A DNA stretch of 64,000 bases from Alphaproteobacteria bacterium. GTDB taxonomy: Bacteria > Pseudomonadota > Alphaproteobacteria > UBA7887. The notes below the pieces were generated by a model. It was given only the letters and a program-made list of their open reading frames with translations, did not search any database and was not told where the DNA came from. Position numbers and translations under genes: made by a program. The stretch lies in NCBI GenBank assembly GCA_965216755.1, contig CBDCGL010000011.1:1536001-1600000 (forward strand). The letters run 5' to 3'. Each line of letters begins with the position of its first letter. The stretch's first letter is position 1. Below are positions 39,874 through 48,832 of this stretch, one piece after another.

Positions 39874-40665
39874 ATGAGAACCGCATTCGTTATTCCTGGA
39901 ATTCTGGCACTGGTGCTTTCGGGCGCAGCGTCTGCACAGATGTTGACGGATCCCTCGCTCTCCGTTGGACCGGCGCCCAATGCCGTCATGCCAGGTGTAA
40001 ACATGGGCCAAAATGGCAATTACGGGTTGTACAACACCGGCACCAACAATATCGGCATCAACAATGGTGGTACCGGCAACATCGGCATCAACAACGGTAA
40101 TGGCAATCGTGTCGGCGGCGGGGGCAGCGCCGGCAACTACAACACGGGCATTAACAACGGTAACCACAACACAGCGGTTGGCCTGTCACCCTTTGTCGGA
40201 AGCACGACCAAAGTCGCGCCAGAGAATGGCAACGATAACGGCAACGGTCATTCCACGGCGACGGCGGGTAACTACAACACCGGCGTAAACAACGGCAATT
40301 ACAATTCCGCGATTGGCGGTGGAACCGCGGGCAGCGGCAACACAGGCATCAACAGTGGCAACGGCAATTCCGTCTCTGGCGGCTTCTATACGCTTGCCGA
40401 TGTGAACGGCGGAAATAGCATCATGCCGCCTTCATCTGGTGGATCGGCCGGGAACTACAATACTGGCATTAACAGCGGCAATCATAACTTTGCCAGTACT
40501 TTTGGAACCGCAGGCGTCGGCAACATCGGCACAAATAACGGCAACTATAATTTCGCCGATTTCTCAACCGTTGGCAGCTTCAACATCGGCAACAATAGCG
40601 GCAACTTCAATCCACCGAAGTTCAAGACGCCAATTCCGGGCAACAGCATTGCCGTCGGTAACTGA
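39874..40665 (+). CDS. Secreted Gly/Asn-rich 14-residue repeat protein
   Basis: Signal peptide ...LSGAASA|Q; about 7 units of xGxxN[TI]GxN[NS]GNxN. Confidence 0.85.
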   Translation: MRTAFVIPGILALVLSGAASAQMLTDPSLSVGPAPNAVMPGVNMGQNGNYGLYNTGTNNIGINNGGTGNIGINNGNGNRVGGGGSAGNYNTGINNGNHNTAVGLSPFVGSTTKVAPENGNDNGNGHSTATAGNYNTGVNNGNYNSAIGGGTAGSGNTGINSGNGNSVSGGFYTLADVNGGNSIMPPSSGGSAGNYNTGINSGNHNFASTFGTAGVGNIGTNNGNYNFADFSTVGSFNIGNNSGNFNPPKFKTPIPGNSIAVGN

Positions 40666-40702
40666 CACAGGCTAGCCCGCGCCGACAAGTTAACATTGTT
40701 CT

Positions 40703-40750
40703 CGCGCCTCGCCGCCGCGTCCCACACTTAGGCGCGGCGAGCGGGGCGTG
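40703..40750 (+). terminator. GC-rich hairpin after the repeat-protein gene
   Basis: cgcgcctcgc-cgccgcgt...gcgcggcg-a-gcggggcgtg inverted repeat; weak U tract. Confidence 0.5.
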
Positions 40751-40871
40751 CGTATTTCGGATCAGCGACATTTGCGCCACCGCGTCGCTCACCCCTTACC
40801 AAAGGCGCCCGAAACGCTTAGACTTTCCTCCTCTCTGGTCAGACGTCGATCAATCCAGGGATTGGGAGACT

Positions 40872-41204
40872 ATGAAAGATTGGCCGCTTTCTGCTTTGGT
40901 ACGGACGATATGGAATGGCTACATCGACGCCGACAACGCGATCCAAGCGGCTGATGTCCAGCGCGAACTCGAGATATCGGACGTGCTGGCCACCGCCGTA
41001 AGCGAATTGAACAGACGCAGCGCTGAGCAGCCGAATGCCGCGGCGACGGCCGTTGCCACTGCGGCGGCCGCAATCGGGCGCATGGTCGTTGATCGTGCCC
41101 ACGGCGAGCCGCCCACGGAAGAATCGCAAGCTATTGATAACGCAGTTAAGGTGATCAACGACTTTTTGTTCAGACCACCCCAGGATTCATCCACCAAGCC
41201 CTAA
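40872..41204 (+). CDS. Hypothetical helical protein
   Basis: GGGAGA RBS; 110-aa ORF filling the intergenic gap. Confidence 0.65.
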   Translation: MKDWPLSALVRTIWNGYIDADNAIQAADVQRELEISDVLATAVSELNRRSAEQPNAAATAVATAAAAIGRMVVDRAHGEPPTEESQAIDNAVKVINDFLFRPPQDSSTKP

Positions 41205-41350
41205 CCGCGCGAGCGCGCTCCGACTATCGAATCACTGTGCCGCAATGACAATTGCGCCCATATTTAACGCTATGCCCTGACTGGCGGCTGGTCACGACGC
41301 CACAAAGCGGCGCAAAACGGTCGCTTCGGAAGGAACACAATCGTAGTCGG

Positions 41351-43135
41351 ATGAGCACTTTAGAACTAGCCGTCATCGGCAACTGCAGTTTCAGCGCCTT
41401 AATCGATTCCCAGGCCCGTATCGTTTGGTCGTGCATGCCGCGGTTCGACGCCGATCCCGTATTCTGCGCCTTGCTCAACGACCATGATGGCCATGAGAAA
41501 GGCTTCTTCGCCATTGAATTGGCCGATCTGCAAAGATCCGAACAACACTATTTGGACAATTCGGCCGTGGTGGTCACGCGGCTCTATGATAAGTCCGGCG
41601 GTGCCGTCGAAATCACTGATTTCGCCCCACGCTTTCGCGCCTATGAACGAGTTTTTCGCCCGATCACGATCGTTCGCCAAGTTCGCCCCGTATCCGGCAG
41701 TCCGCGCATCCGGATCCGCCTGCGACCGACCTATGACTATGGCGCACATCGACCGGATGTGACCCGGGGCAGCAATCACGTCCGCTACATTATGTCGGCA
41801 CTGACCGTCCGCCTGACGACCGACGCGCCGGTAACATATGTCCTCGAAGAAACCCCATTCATCCTCGAGCGCCCCTTGACGCTCCTGCTCGGACCCGATG
41901 AAAGTCTGATCGAAGCGCCGTCTGAAATCGGCCGGGAGTTCTTGGAAAAAACGAACGAATATTGGCGAGAATGGTGCCGCTATTTGTCCATACCCTATGA
42001 ATGGCAGCAGGCTGTCATTCGCGCCGCTATCACGTTGAAGCTCTGTAACTATGAGGAAAGTGGCGCGATCATCGCGGCAATGACCACATCGGTGCCTGAA
42101 GCGGCCGACTCTGAACGAAACTGGGACTATCGCTTTTGTTGGTTGCGTGACTCCTTTTTTGTCGTCCATGCCCTCAATCGTTTGGGGGCGACGCGCACCA
42201 TGGAAGGCTTTCTGTCCTACATCACAAACGTCGTCGCCAGCGCGGAAAACGGCTACCTGCAACCGGTCTTCGGAATTGCGCTTGAGACCAAACTCGATGA
42301 ATCGCACGTCAGCTCGCTGTCCGGATATCGGGGCATGGGCCCGGTGCGCATTGGCAACAGCGCCTATACCCAGGTTCAAAATGACGGCTATGGCAGTGTT
42401 ATCCTGGCGACCGCCCAGTGCTTTTTCGACCGGCGGCTGCGCTGGCGCGGCGACGTTTCATTGTTTCAGCGCCTGGAACGATTAGGTGAACAGGCGCGAT
42501 CCAGATGGGACAAACCGGATTCCGGATTGTGGGAACTCCGGACGCGTCAACGCGTCCATACTTTCTCCAGCGTGATGTGCTGGGCAGCCTGCGATCGCCT
42601 CGCCCGCATCGCCCGCCAGCTCAGGCTGCCGGGCCGCGAAACCTATTGGCGCGGGCACGCTGACACCATTCGGGCCGGCATTATCGCCCAAGCTTGGAAC
42701 CGAGAGCTCAACAGCTTCGTCGAGAGCTTTGGTGGCCGTGATATTGACGCCAGCCTGCTGTTGTTGCCGGAATTGGGTTTTGTCGCGCCGAGCGATCCGA
42801 TGTTCCTGGGCACGCTTGACCAGGTCGAGAAACACTTGCGGCGCGGCGATCACCTGTTGCGTTACGCGGCACCGGACGATTTTGGTACGCCCGATTCCGC
42901 GTTTACGATTTGTACGTTCTGGTACATCGACGCCTTGGCGGCGGTGGGTCGCGGCGGCGAAGCGCGGACACTGTTTAACTCACTGTTACAGCATCGCAAT
43001 AGCCTGGGCCTGTTGTCCGAAGATCTTGATCCGCGATCCGGAGAACTGTGGGGGAATTTCCCGCAAACCTATTCGTTGGTCGGTCTGATACACTCCGCCA
43101 TGCGGTTATCAAAACCCTGGGAGGAAGCGTTCTGA
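41351..43135 (+). CDS. Glycoside hydrolase family 15 (trehalase/glucoamylase-like)
   Basis: LAVIGNC; AAMTTSVPE; NWDYRFCWLRD; GLWELR; GLLSED; WGNFPQTYS. Confidence 0.93.
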   Translation: MSTLELAVIGNCSFSALIDSQARIVWSCMPRFDADPVFCALLNDHDGHEKGFFAIELADLQRSEQHYLDNSAVVVTRLYDKSGGAVEITDFAPRFRAYERVFRPITIVRQVRPVSGSPRIRIRLRPTYDYGAHRPDVTRGSNHVRYIMSALTVRLTTDAPVTYVLEETPFILERPLTLLLGPDESLIEAPSEIGREFLEKTNEYWREWCRYLSIPYEWQQAVIRAAITLKLCNYEESGAIIAAMTTSVPEAADSERNWDYRFCWLRDSFFVVHALNRLGATRTMEGFLSYITNVVASAENGYLQPVFGIALETKLDESHVSSLSGYRGMGPVRIGNSAYTQVQNDGYGSVILATAQCFFDRRLRWRGDVSLFQRLERLGEQARSRWDKPDSGLWELRTRQRVHTFSSVMCWAACDRLARIARQLRLPGRETYWRGHADTIRAGIIAQAWNRELNSFVESFGGRDIDASLLLLPELGFVAPSDPMFLGTLDQVEKHLRRGDHLLRYAAPDDFGTPDSAFTICTFWYIDALAAVGRGGEARTLFNSLLQHRNSLGLLSEDLDPRSGELWGNFPQTYSLVGLIHSAMRLSKPWEEAF

Positions 43136-44517
43136 GCCGTTTGGTCGCGGTATCGAACAGGGTCGCCTCGCCCCGCCGCCCGCGTTCGGGAAACGAAGGC
43201 GGCTTGGCGGTCGCGTTGCGCGGCGCATTGGCAGAACGTGGCGGCATTTGGTTTGGCTGGAGTGGTAACGTTGGCGATGACGCAACGACTGAGCCACGCA
43301 TTACCACGATCGAAAACCAGACCTATGCCACCCTTGATCTCAGCGCGCGCGACTACGAGGAGTATTATAACGGCTACGCCAATCGTACCCTGTGGCCTCT
43401 GTTTCACTATCGACTGGATCTGACCGAATTCAGTCGCCGCAACATGGCCGGCTATTTGCGCGTCAATAGCCTATTCGCGAACACCCTCGCTGGATTGTTG
43501 CTACCGGACGATCTGGTGTGGGTGCACGACTATCATTTCATTCCCCTGGCGGAGCAACTTCGCCAGGCCGGTAGTCGCCAACGGATCGGCTTTTTCTTAC
43601 ACATTCCCTGGCCAGCGCTTGAAGTGTTTCGCGCATTGCCTAATCACCGACAGATCGTGCAATCGCTTTGCGCCTATGACTTGATCGGCTTCCAAACCGA
43701 AGACCATTTGCGTGCTTTTCACGACTACATCGAGCGCGAGATCGACGGCGAAGTCTATCCGAATGGCCGGGTCGTCGCATATGGCCGCACGATTCGTACC
43801 GGCGCCTTCCCGATCGGTATCGATACGGACGCCGTCGCCGAACTCGCTACCAGAGCGGAAACCGCAAGTCAGTCGGTCAGATTGCGCGATAGCCTCCGCG
43901 ACCGGGCCTTGATTATTGGCGTCGACCGGCTGGACTATTCAAAGGGCCTGGTTGAACGCATGCGCGCCTTTGAACAGTTGCTGGACCTTGACCCGCACCA
44001 GCGCAACCGTGTGGTCATGTTACAGATCACGCCCCAGTCCCGTACCGATGTTGCCGAATATGCCGACATGCGCCGGGAGCTTGAGGCCACGGCCGGCAAC
44101 ATTAACGGGGCCTATGCGGAATATGATTGGATTCCGTTGCGATACTTAAACAAGGGGTTCACGCGTCGCATTTTGTTCGGGTTTTTTCGACAAGCGCGCG
44201 TCGGCTTTGTCACTCCCCTCCGTGACGGTATGAACTTGGTTGCAAAAGAGTTCATCGCCGCACAGGCGCCGGACAATCCGGGTGTTTTGGTACTGTCGCG
44301 TTTCGCCGGCGCAGCGTCCGAGCTGAAAGGCGCGCTGTTGGTCAATCCCTACAACACGGAAGCGATGGCCGAAGCGCTGCAGGCCGCGCTGGCCATGCCG
44401 CTCGAGGAACGGCAAACACGATGGTCGGGGATGTTCGAACATCTGCAAACCCATGATCTAGCCGCGTGGTGGACCCAATTCGTAGACGCATTGGCCGTCG
44501 CGCCGGGATACTCATAG
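43132..44517 (+). CDS. otsA: Trehalose-6-phosphate synthase (copy 1)
   Basis: SNRV; GGLA; WVHDYH; GFFLHIPWP; GVDRLDYSKG; DGMNLVAKE; probable CTG start. Confidence 0.93.
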   Translation: MSRLVAVSNRVASPRRPRSGNEGGLAVALRGALAERGGIWFGWSGNVGDDATTEPRITTIENQTYATLDLSARDYEEYYNGYANRTLWPLFHYRLDLTEFSRRNMAGYLRVNSLFANTLAGLLLPDDLVWVHDYHFIPLAEQLRQAGSRQRIGFFLHIPWPALEVFRALPNHRQIVQSLCAYDLIGFQTEDHLRAFHDYIEREIDGEVYPNGRVVAYGRTIRTGAFPIGIDTDAVAELATRAETASQSVRLRDSLRDRALIIGVDRLDYSKGLVERMRAFEQLLDLDPHQRNRVVMLQITPQSRTDVAEYADMRRELEATAGNINGAYAEYDWIPLRYLNKGFTRRILFGFFRQARVGFVTPLRDGMNLVAKEFIAAQAPDNPGVLVLSRFAGAASELKGALLVNPYNTEAMAEALQAALAMPLEERQTRWSGMFEHLQTHDLAAWWTQFVDALAVAPGYS

Positions 44518-44550
44518 CCACGTGGCAGATAATCCGACGGGCATTTTGCA

Positions 44551-45519
44551 ATGAAGACTCCGGTTCTGCTTGCCGACATCGGTGGCACTAACGCGCGTGT
44601 CACGATATTCGACCCGAACCGCGGCATCGGCGCCGTGCACCATTATTGCGTCGCTGACTTCATCGACCCAGAAACGATGTTCGCACAACATCGCCACGCG
44701 CACGACGATGCCCGTGGCGCACGCTGCGCGGCTATCGCCGCAGCGGGGCCACGGCACGGCGACCGGATCGCGCTTACCAATGCCGGTTGGACCGTTGACA
44801 GCAGAACTCTCAGAGACGCCTTATCGATGGATGACGTGCTGCTGATCAATGATGGAGCCGCACTTGCCTGGGCGCTTGACGGGCTGCGCACAGATGACTG
44901 CGTACAAATCGGCAGCGGCGAAGTCACGCCGGATTGGCCGCGCGCGATCGTCGCGCCCGGCACGGGCCTGGCAGTCGCGGGCTATGTGCCAACGGCGGCG
45001 GGCGGCGCCGTCATTGTTGGCGAAGGTGGCCACGTGAGCCTTCCCGCCATCGACGCTGAGGAAATGCAGATCGTGTCCGTGTTGCGCGATGCTTTCGGGC
45101 ATGTTTCCGCGGAACGGGCCCTGTCAGGCATGGGACTTGTAAATCTCCGCCGAAGCCTCGCCAAAATTCGCGGTCTCACGATTGATGATCTATCGGCTGG
45201 GGAAATTGGCGCCCACGCGTTTGCGAAGTCATGTGACTTGTGCCGCACGACCTTTGATGTGTTTTTTCGATTACTCGGCACCGTCGCGGGTGACGTCGCA
45301 CTGACGCTTGGCGCCCGCGGTGGCATGTATATTGGGGGCGGTATTGTGCCGCGCTATGTGCCGCAGCTCCAAGCGTCGGCGTTCCGCGATCGGTTTGAGG
45401 ACAAAGGCCGCTTCAAGGATTACTTGGCGCCGGTCGCGACATTCGCCATTCGGCATCCGAATCCCATATTGATCGGCCTGGCAACGGCCGTTCAACGTTT
45501 GCCACTTGCCCGAAAGTAA
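44551..45519 (+). CDS. glk: Glucokinase
   Basis: LADIGGTNAR; LTN; LIND; PGTGL; EGGH; SAERALSG; YIGGGI. Confidence 0.92.
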   Translation: MKTPVLLADIGGTNARVTIFDPNRGIGAVHHYCVADFIDPETMFAQHRHAHDDARGARCAAIAAAGPRHGDRIALTNAGWTVDSRTLRDALSMDDVLLINDGAALAWALDGLRTDDCVQIGSGEVTPDWPRAIVAPGTGLAVAGYVPTAAGGAVIVGEGGHVSLPAIDAEEMQIVSVLRDAFGHVSAERALSGMGLVNLRRSLAKIRGLTIDDLSAGEIGAHAFAKSCDLCRTTFDVFFRLLGTVAGDVALTLGARGGMYIGGGIVPRYVPQLQASAFRDRFEDKGRFKDYLAPVATFAIRHPNPILIGLATAVQRLPLARK

Positions 45520-46385
45520 CTGGCATGCCGCCGGCGCAGGTGCGCCGACAGGCGTTCCAAGAACCACAGCACTTCGTCGGGATCACGCAAGCGATAGTCG
45601 GCGAACGACGGCCGCGATCGACGTGCGACCAGCACTGTAATGCCACGACCGCGCAAGGCGCGGAACGCGTCCTCGTCGGTCGTGTCGTCGCCAATATAGA
45701 TCGGCACGACATTCGGCGTGCCGAGCCCCAAAACGTGCAGCAGCCAAATAACGGCATTGCCTTTGTCCCATGGAGCGGTGGGACGAATCTCGTAAACTTT
45801 CTTGCCTGCAAAACACCGTAGCGCGGGCGCTTCATTGGTCACGGCCGCGACCGCCGCATCGATTGACGCCATGTCAGTTTCGTCAACCAAGCGGTAATGC
45901 ACCGCAACGGAAAATCTTTTGGCCTCAACGATCACGCCCTTAATGCCGGACAACTGACGCGTAAGCGCCTGCGCCGCCGCGGCAACACTCTGCTCGACGT
46001 CGGCGTCTGCAATTTCCGGCAGTAAACTGAGCCCGGGACCAGAAATGTCGAAGCCGTGATCCCCCGCATAGATGAGCGCCGGCACGGCAATACGTGACGC
46101 CACGTCGGCACGCGCACGGCCGGAAACCACGGCAATGGGGCAGCGTCCCGCTAATTTCATCAAGACCCGGCGCACGCGGCCACGCAACGCGGCGTCATCA
46201 GGACGTCCAACGATCGGCGACAACGTCCCGTCAAAATCGAGAAACAACGCGACGCGCCGGCCCCGCAAGCGGTGGGCGATGGCAGGCCAATGCGCGCGAA
46301 TCCCTGCGATCACGGGGCGTGTATAGTGGAATCGGTTCACGTCGGCTCCTCGCGGCAAGCATGGAGCGCCTTGTACCACGGCCAA
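45492..46385 (-). CDS. otsB: Trehalose-6-phosphate phosphatase (HAD); start uncertain
   Basis: FLDFDGTLSPI; VSGR; EIRP...WDKG; IGDDTTDEDAF. Confidence 0.92.
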   Translation of the reverse strand: MAVVQGAPCLPRGADVNRFHYTRPVIAGIRAHWPAIAHRLRGRRVALFLDFDGTLSPIVGRPDDAALRGRVRRVLMKLAGRCPIAVVSGRARADVASRIAVPALIYAGDHGFDISGPGLSLLPEIADADVEQSVAAAAQALTRQLSGIKGVIVEAKRFSVAVHYRLVDETDMASIDAAVAAVTNEAPALRCFAGKKVYEIRPTAPWDKGNAVIWLLHVLGLGTPNVVPIYIGDDTTDEDAFRALRGRGITVLVARRSRPSFADYRLRDPDEVLWFLERLSAHLRRRHASYFRASGKR

Positions 46386-46417
46386 GGGCGAATGGAAGTC
46401 CGGAACGGTCGCGCGGC

Positions 46418-47848
46418 CTATGCCGGCTCGACGTGTACGCCCGAAGAACTGGCCGCGGATGCCGCCTGATGTCCGCCGGACACGCGCGCGCCAGAAGCAG
46501 AATGCAAACTGCTTAGAAAACTGTCACGCCAATGGTCGATATCAGCCGCCCGCAACCCACGCATCATGATGTTCCAGCGCGCGACACGTTCGTCCAACGG
46601 CATATCCAATGCGGTCTTTATGGCTTCAACGACGGCTTCTTGATCAAATGGGTTGACGATAAGCGCTTGATCGAGCTGGTCCGCGGCTCCGGCGAATTGT
46701 GACAAGACCAAGACCCCTGGGTTGGCGGGATCCTGCGCGGCCACATACTCCTTTGCCACCAGGTTCATGCCGTCGCGCAAAGGTGTCACCAAACCAACGC
46801 GCGCAGCCCGGAAAAACGAGGCGAGGACCGGTCGTGGATAGGCTTTATGCATATAGCGAATTGGTATCCAATCAAATTCGGCGAAGCGCCCATTGATATG
46901 ACCGCTTAGCCGTTCGAGGTCTCGCTCCATTTGCACATATTCCGGCACGGTCTCACGCGTCGGCGGCGTGATTTGGAGCAAATGTATGTGGCCACGATGC
47001 TCTGGATACCGTTCCAAGAAACGCTCGAACGTACGCAACCGCCCTGGCAATCCCTTTGAATAGTCGGCTCGATCCGTGCCAACGACAAGGTCGCGCCCTT
47101 GGAGACTGCCAATAAGCCGCTGGCGATGTCGCCTTGCGTCGGCCGAGTCGGCAAAAGCCGCGAACTCGGTTGCGTCGATCCCAATTGGGAAGGCATCGCT
47201 AGCGGTATGTGCCAAATACGGTGCATCGTCACGTGGCCTCGCCGTGGCCGCCAAATAAGCACGAAAATTACGCAGGTCGTCGGTTGTTTGAAACCCGACC
47301 AAGTCGCACGCGGTCATGGCGCGAATGACTGTCTCGTGCTGCGGTAAAGTCATCAGAACATCCGGCGGTGGCATCGGCGTGTGCGAGAAAAACCCAATCG
47401 GTGCAGAAACGCCAAGGCGACGCAGCTCCAATGCCAACGGGATCATGTGATAGTCGTGGATCCAAATTGTGTCGTCCGGCCTCAGGTGCGGCACCAACTG
47501 CCTGGCAAAGGCGCGATTGACCGCCAGATAGGAATCCAACCATGCGCGATCAAACGACAGCAAATCCAAACGATAGTGGACCAAGGGCCACAGCGACCGA
47601 TTGGCGAAGCCATTGTAATAGGCGTCATGGTCAGCGGCGCTGAGGTCGGTCAGGATGTACGTTATATTGCCACGTGTCAGAACTCTTGGCGACGGCGACG
47701 GATCGTTGACAATCTCACCGCTCCAGCCAAACCAGACCCCGTTTGTTTCGCGCAACGCAGCCGACAAGCCCGCCGCCAACCCACCGGTCATCACCGACGC
47801 GGACGTCGGCACGGCCACACGATTGGACGCGACAATCAACCTTTTCAT
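46418..47848 (-). CDS. otsA: Trehalose-6-phosphate synthase (copy 2, GT20)
   Basis: SNRV; GGLA; WIHDYH; DYSKG; DGMNLVAKE. Confidence 0.9.
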   Translation of the reverse strand: MKRLIVASNRVAVPTSASVMTGGLAAGLSAALRETNGVWFGWSGEIVNDPSPSPRVLTRGNITYILTDLSAADHDAYYNGFANRSLWPLVHYRLDLLSFDRAWLDSYLAVNRAFARQLVPHLRPDDTIWIHDYHMIPLALELRRLGVSAPIGFFSHTPMPPPDVLMTLPQHETVIRAMTACDLVGFQTTDDLRNFRAYLAATARPRDDAPYLAHTASDAFPIGIDATEFAAFADSADARRHRQRLIGSLQGRDLVVGTDRADYSKGLPGRLRTFERFLERYPEHRGHIHLLQITPPTRETVPEYVQMERDLERLSGHINGRFAEFDWIPIRYMHKAYPRPVLASFFRAARVGLVTPLRDGMNLVAKEYVAAQDPANPGVLVLSQFAGAADQLDQALIVNPFDQEAVVEAIKTALDMPLDERVARWNIMMRGLRAADIDHWRDSFLSSLHSASGARVSGGHQAASAASSSGVHVEPA

Positions 47849-48204
47849 AGCCGCCTAATCGAACCCCAATACGGCTATTCTCCTCTCGCCAACATCACTC
47901 GACCAACACGTTATTCGGCGACTCACACAAAAACCGAAAGGCCTTCGTTACATGAGCAATACACTTATATGATAACACATGAGTAACGTTTTGCCCACCG
48001 AGCGTTGCGCTGCGACCGCGTTCGGCGCAACGACGCAAAGGCTACACATTGGTACAATCATTTACAGCTCTTGTCGTACCACGAAAAAAAAATTTTGGCC
48101 GGCACACGCAATATTGATAGCAAACCCAAGGACAAAGTACATGCACCAAATTACTATTAGGATATTCGAAGATTGGGGCCTGTGAGAATGGGTTCAACAA
48201 CTTA

Positions 48205-48218
48205 AATCAATATTGATT
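48205..48218. promoter_or_regulatory. Perfect 14-bp palindrome (candidate operator)
   Basis: AATCAATATTGATT in an AT-rich divergent promoter region. Confidence 0.4.
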
Positions 48219-48385
48219 GTGCTTTTGTTCATTTACCAGACATCTTCGAAAATATGCAGATACTTTTGCTTTAGGTTAAGGATCACATGACCCGGATGTT
48301 TGTATCTCGGAAGTACACGAGCGATAGGCATCGCCGCAACGATGCGATCACGGGTTTACGAAACTTTATTTGGGAGAATACAGCC

Positions 48386-48700
48386 ATGAACATCGCCACA
48401 AGAGGTCTGGTCGTGCCTTTGGCCGCTGCAGGTTTGGTCATCGCAGCTTTTGCGACCGCGTATGCGCAGCCCGAGGACAGAGCGCCGGGTGAATGCGACA
48501 ATCCGGCCGTGGGCGCAACGGCGTCGACCGAGGTTGCTGAATACACGCCTGAGGCCGGCTGCGAAATAGCGCACGAAACGACCGACCCGGCAATGGGGTG
48601 TGAAGGCCAAGACGCCGGCAGTCATGCACCTGGCACTGGCCGCGAAGACTGCGCCGCGACCGGCTCGATCGACGACCTGAAGGAGTCCATGCAGGAATAG
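48386..48700 (+). CDS. Small secreted acidic protein with four Cys
   Basis: GGGAGA RBS; signal peptide ending AYA|Q; followed by an intrinsic terminator. Confidence 0.75.
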   Translation: MNIATRGLVVPLAAAGLVIAAFATAYAQPEDRAPGECDNPAVGATASTEVAEYTPEAGCEIAHETTDPAMGCEGQDAGSHAPGTGREDCAATGSIDDLKESMQE

Positions 48701-48736
48701 TTATTCCGCATAAATTGGCACCCATCTGTCCTGATG

Positions 48737-48772
48737 CCGCACTTTGTCACAACAAAGTGCGGTTTCTTTTTT
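48737..48772 (+). terminator. Rho-independent terminator
   Basis: CCGCACTTTGT-caca-ACAAAGTGCGG followed by TTTCTTTTTT. Confidence 0.85.
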
Positions 48773-48832
48773 GCGCTTCGCCGATAGCATCCATGGCAGC
48801 CTGACATCGTTTAGCGGAGGAGGAGATCGCCC

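Noticed and set aside
40012-40611. Periodic DNA repeats as a CRISPR array
   Set aside because: The repeats are degenerate at synonymous positions and lie in frame in a protein; no cas genes are present.
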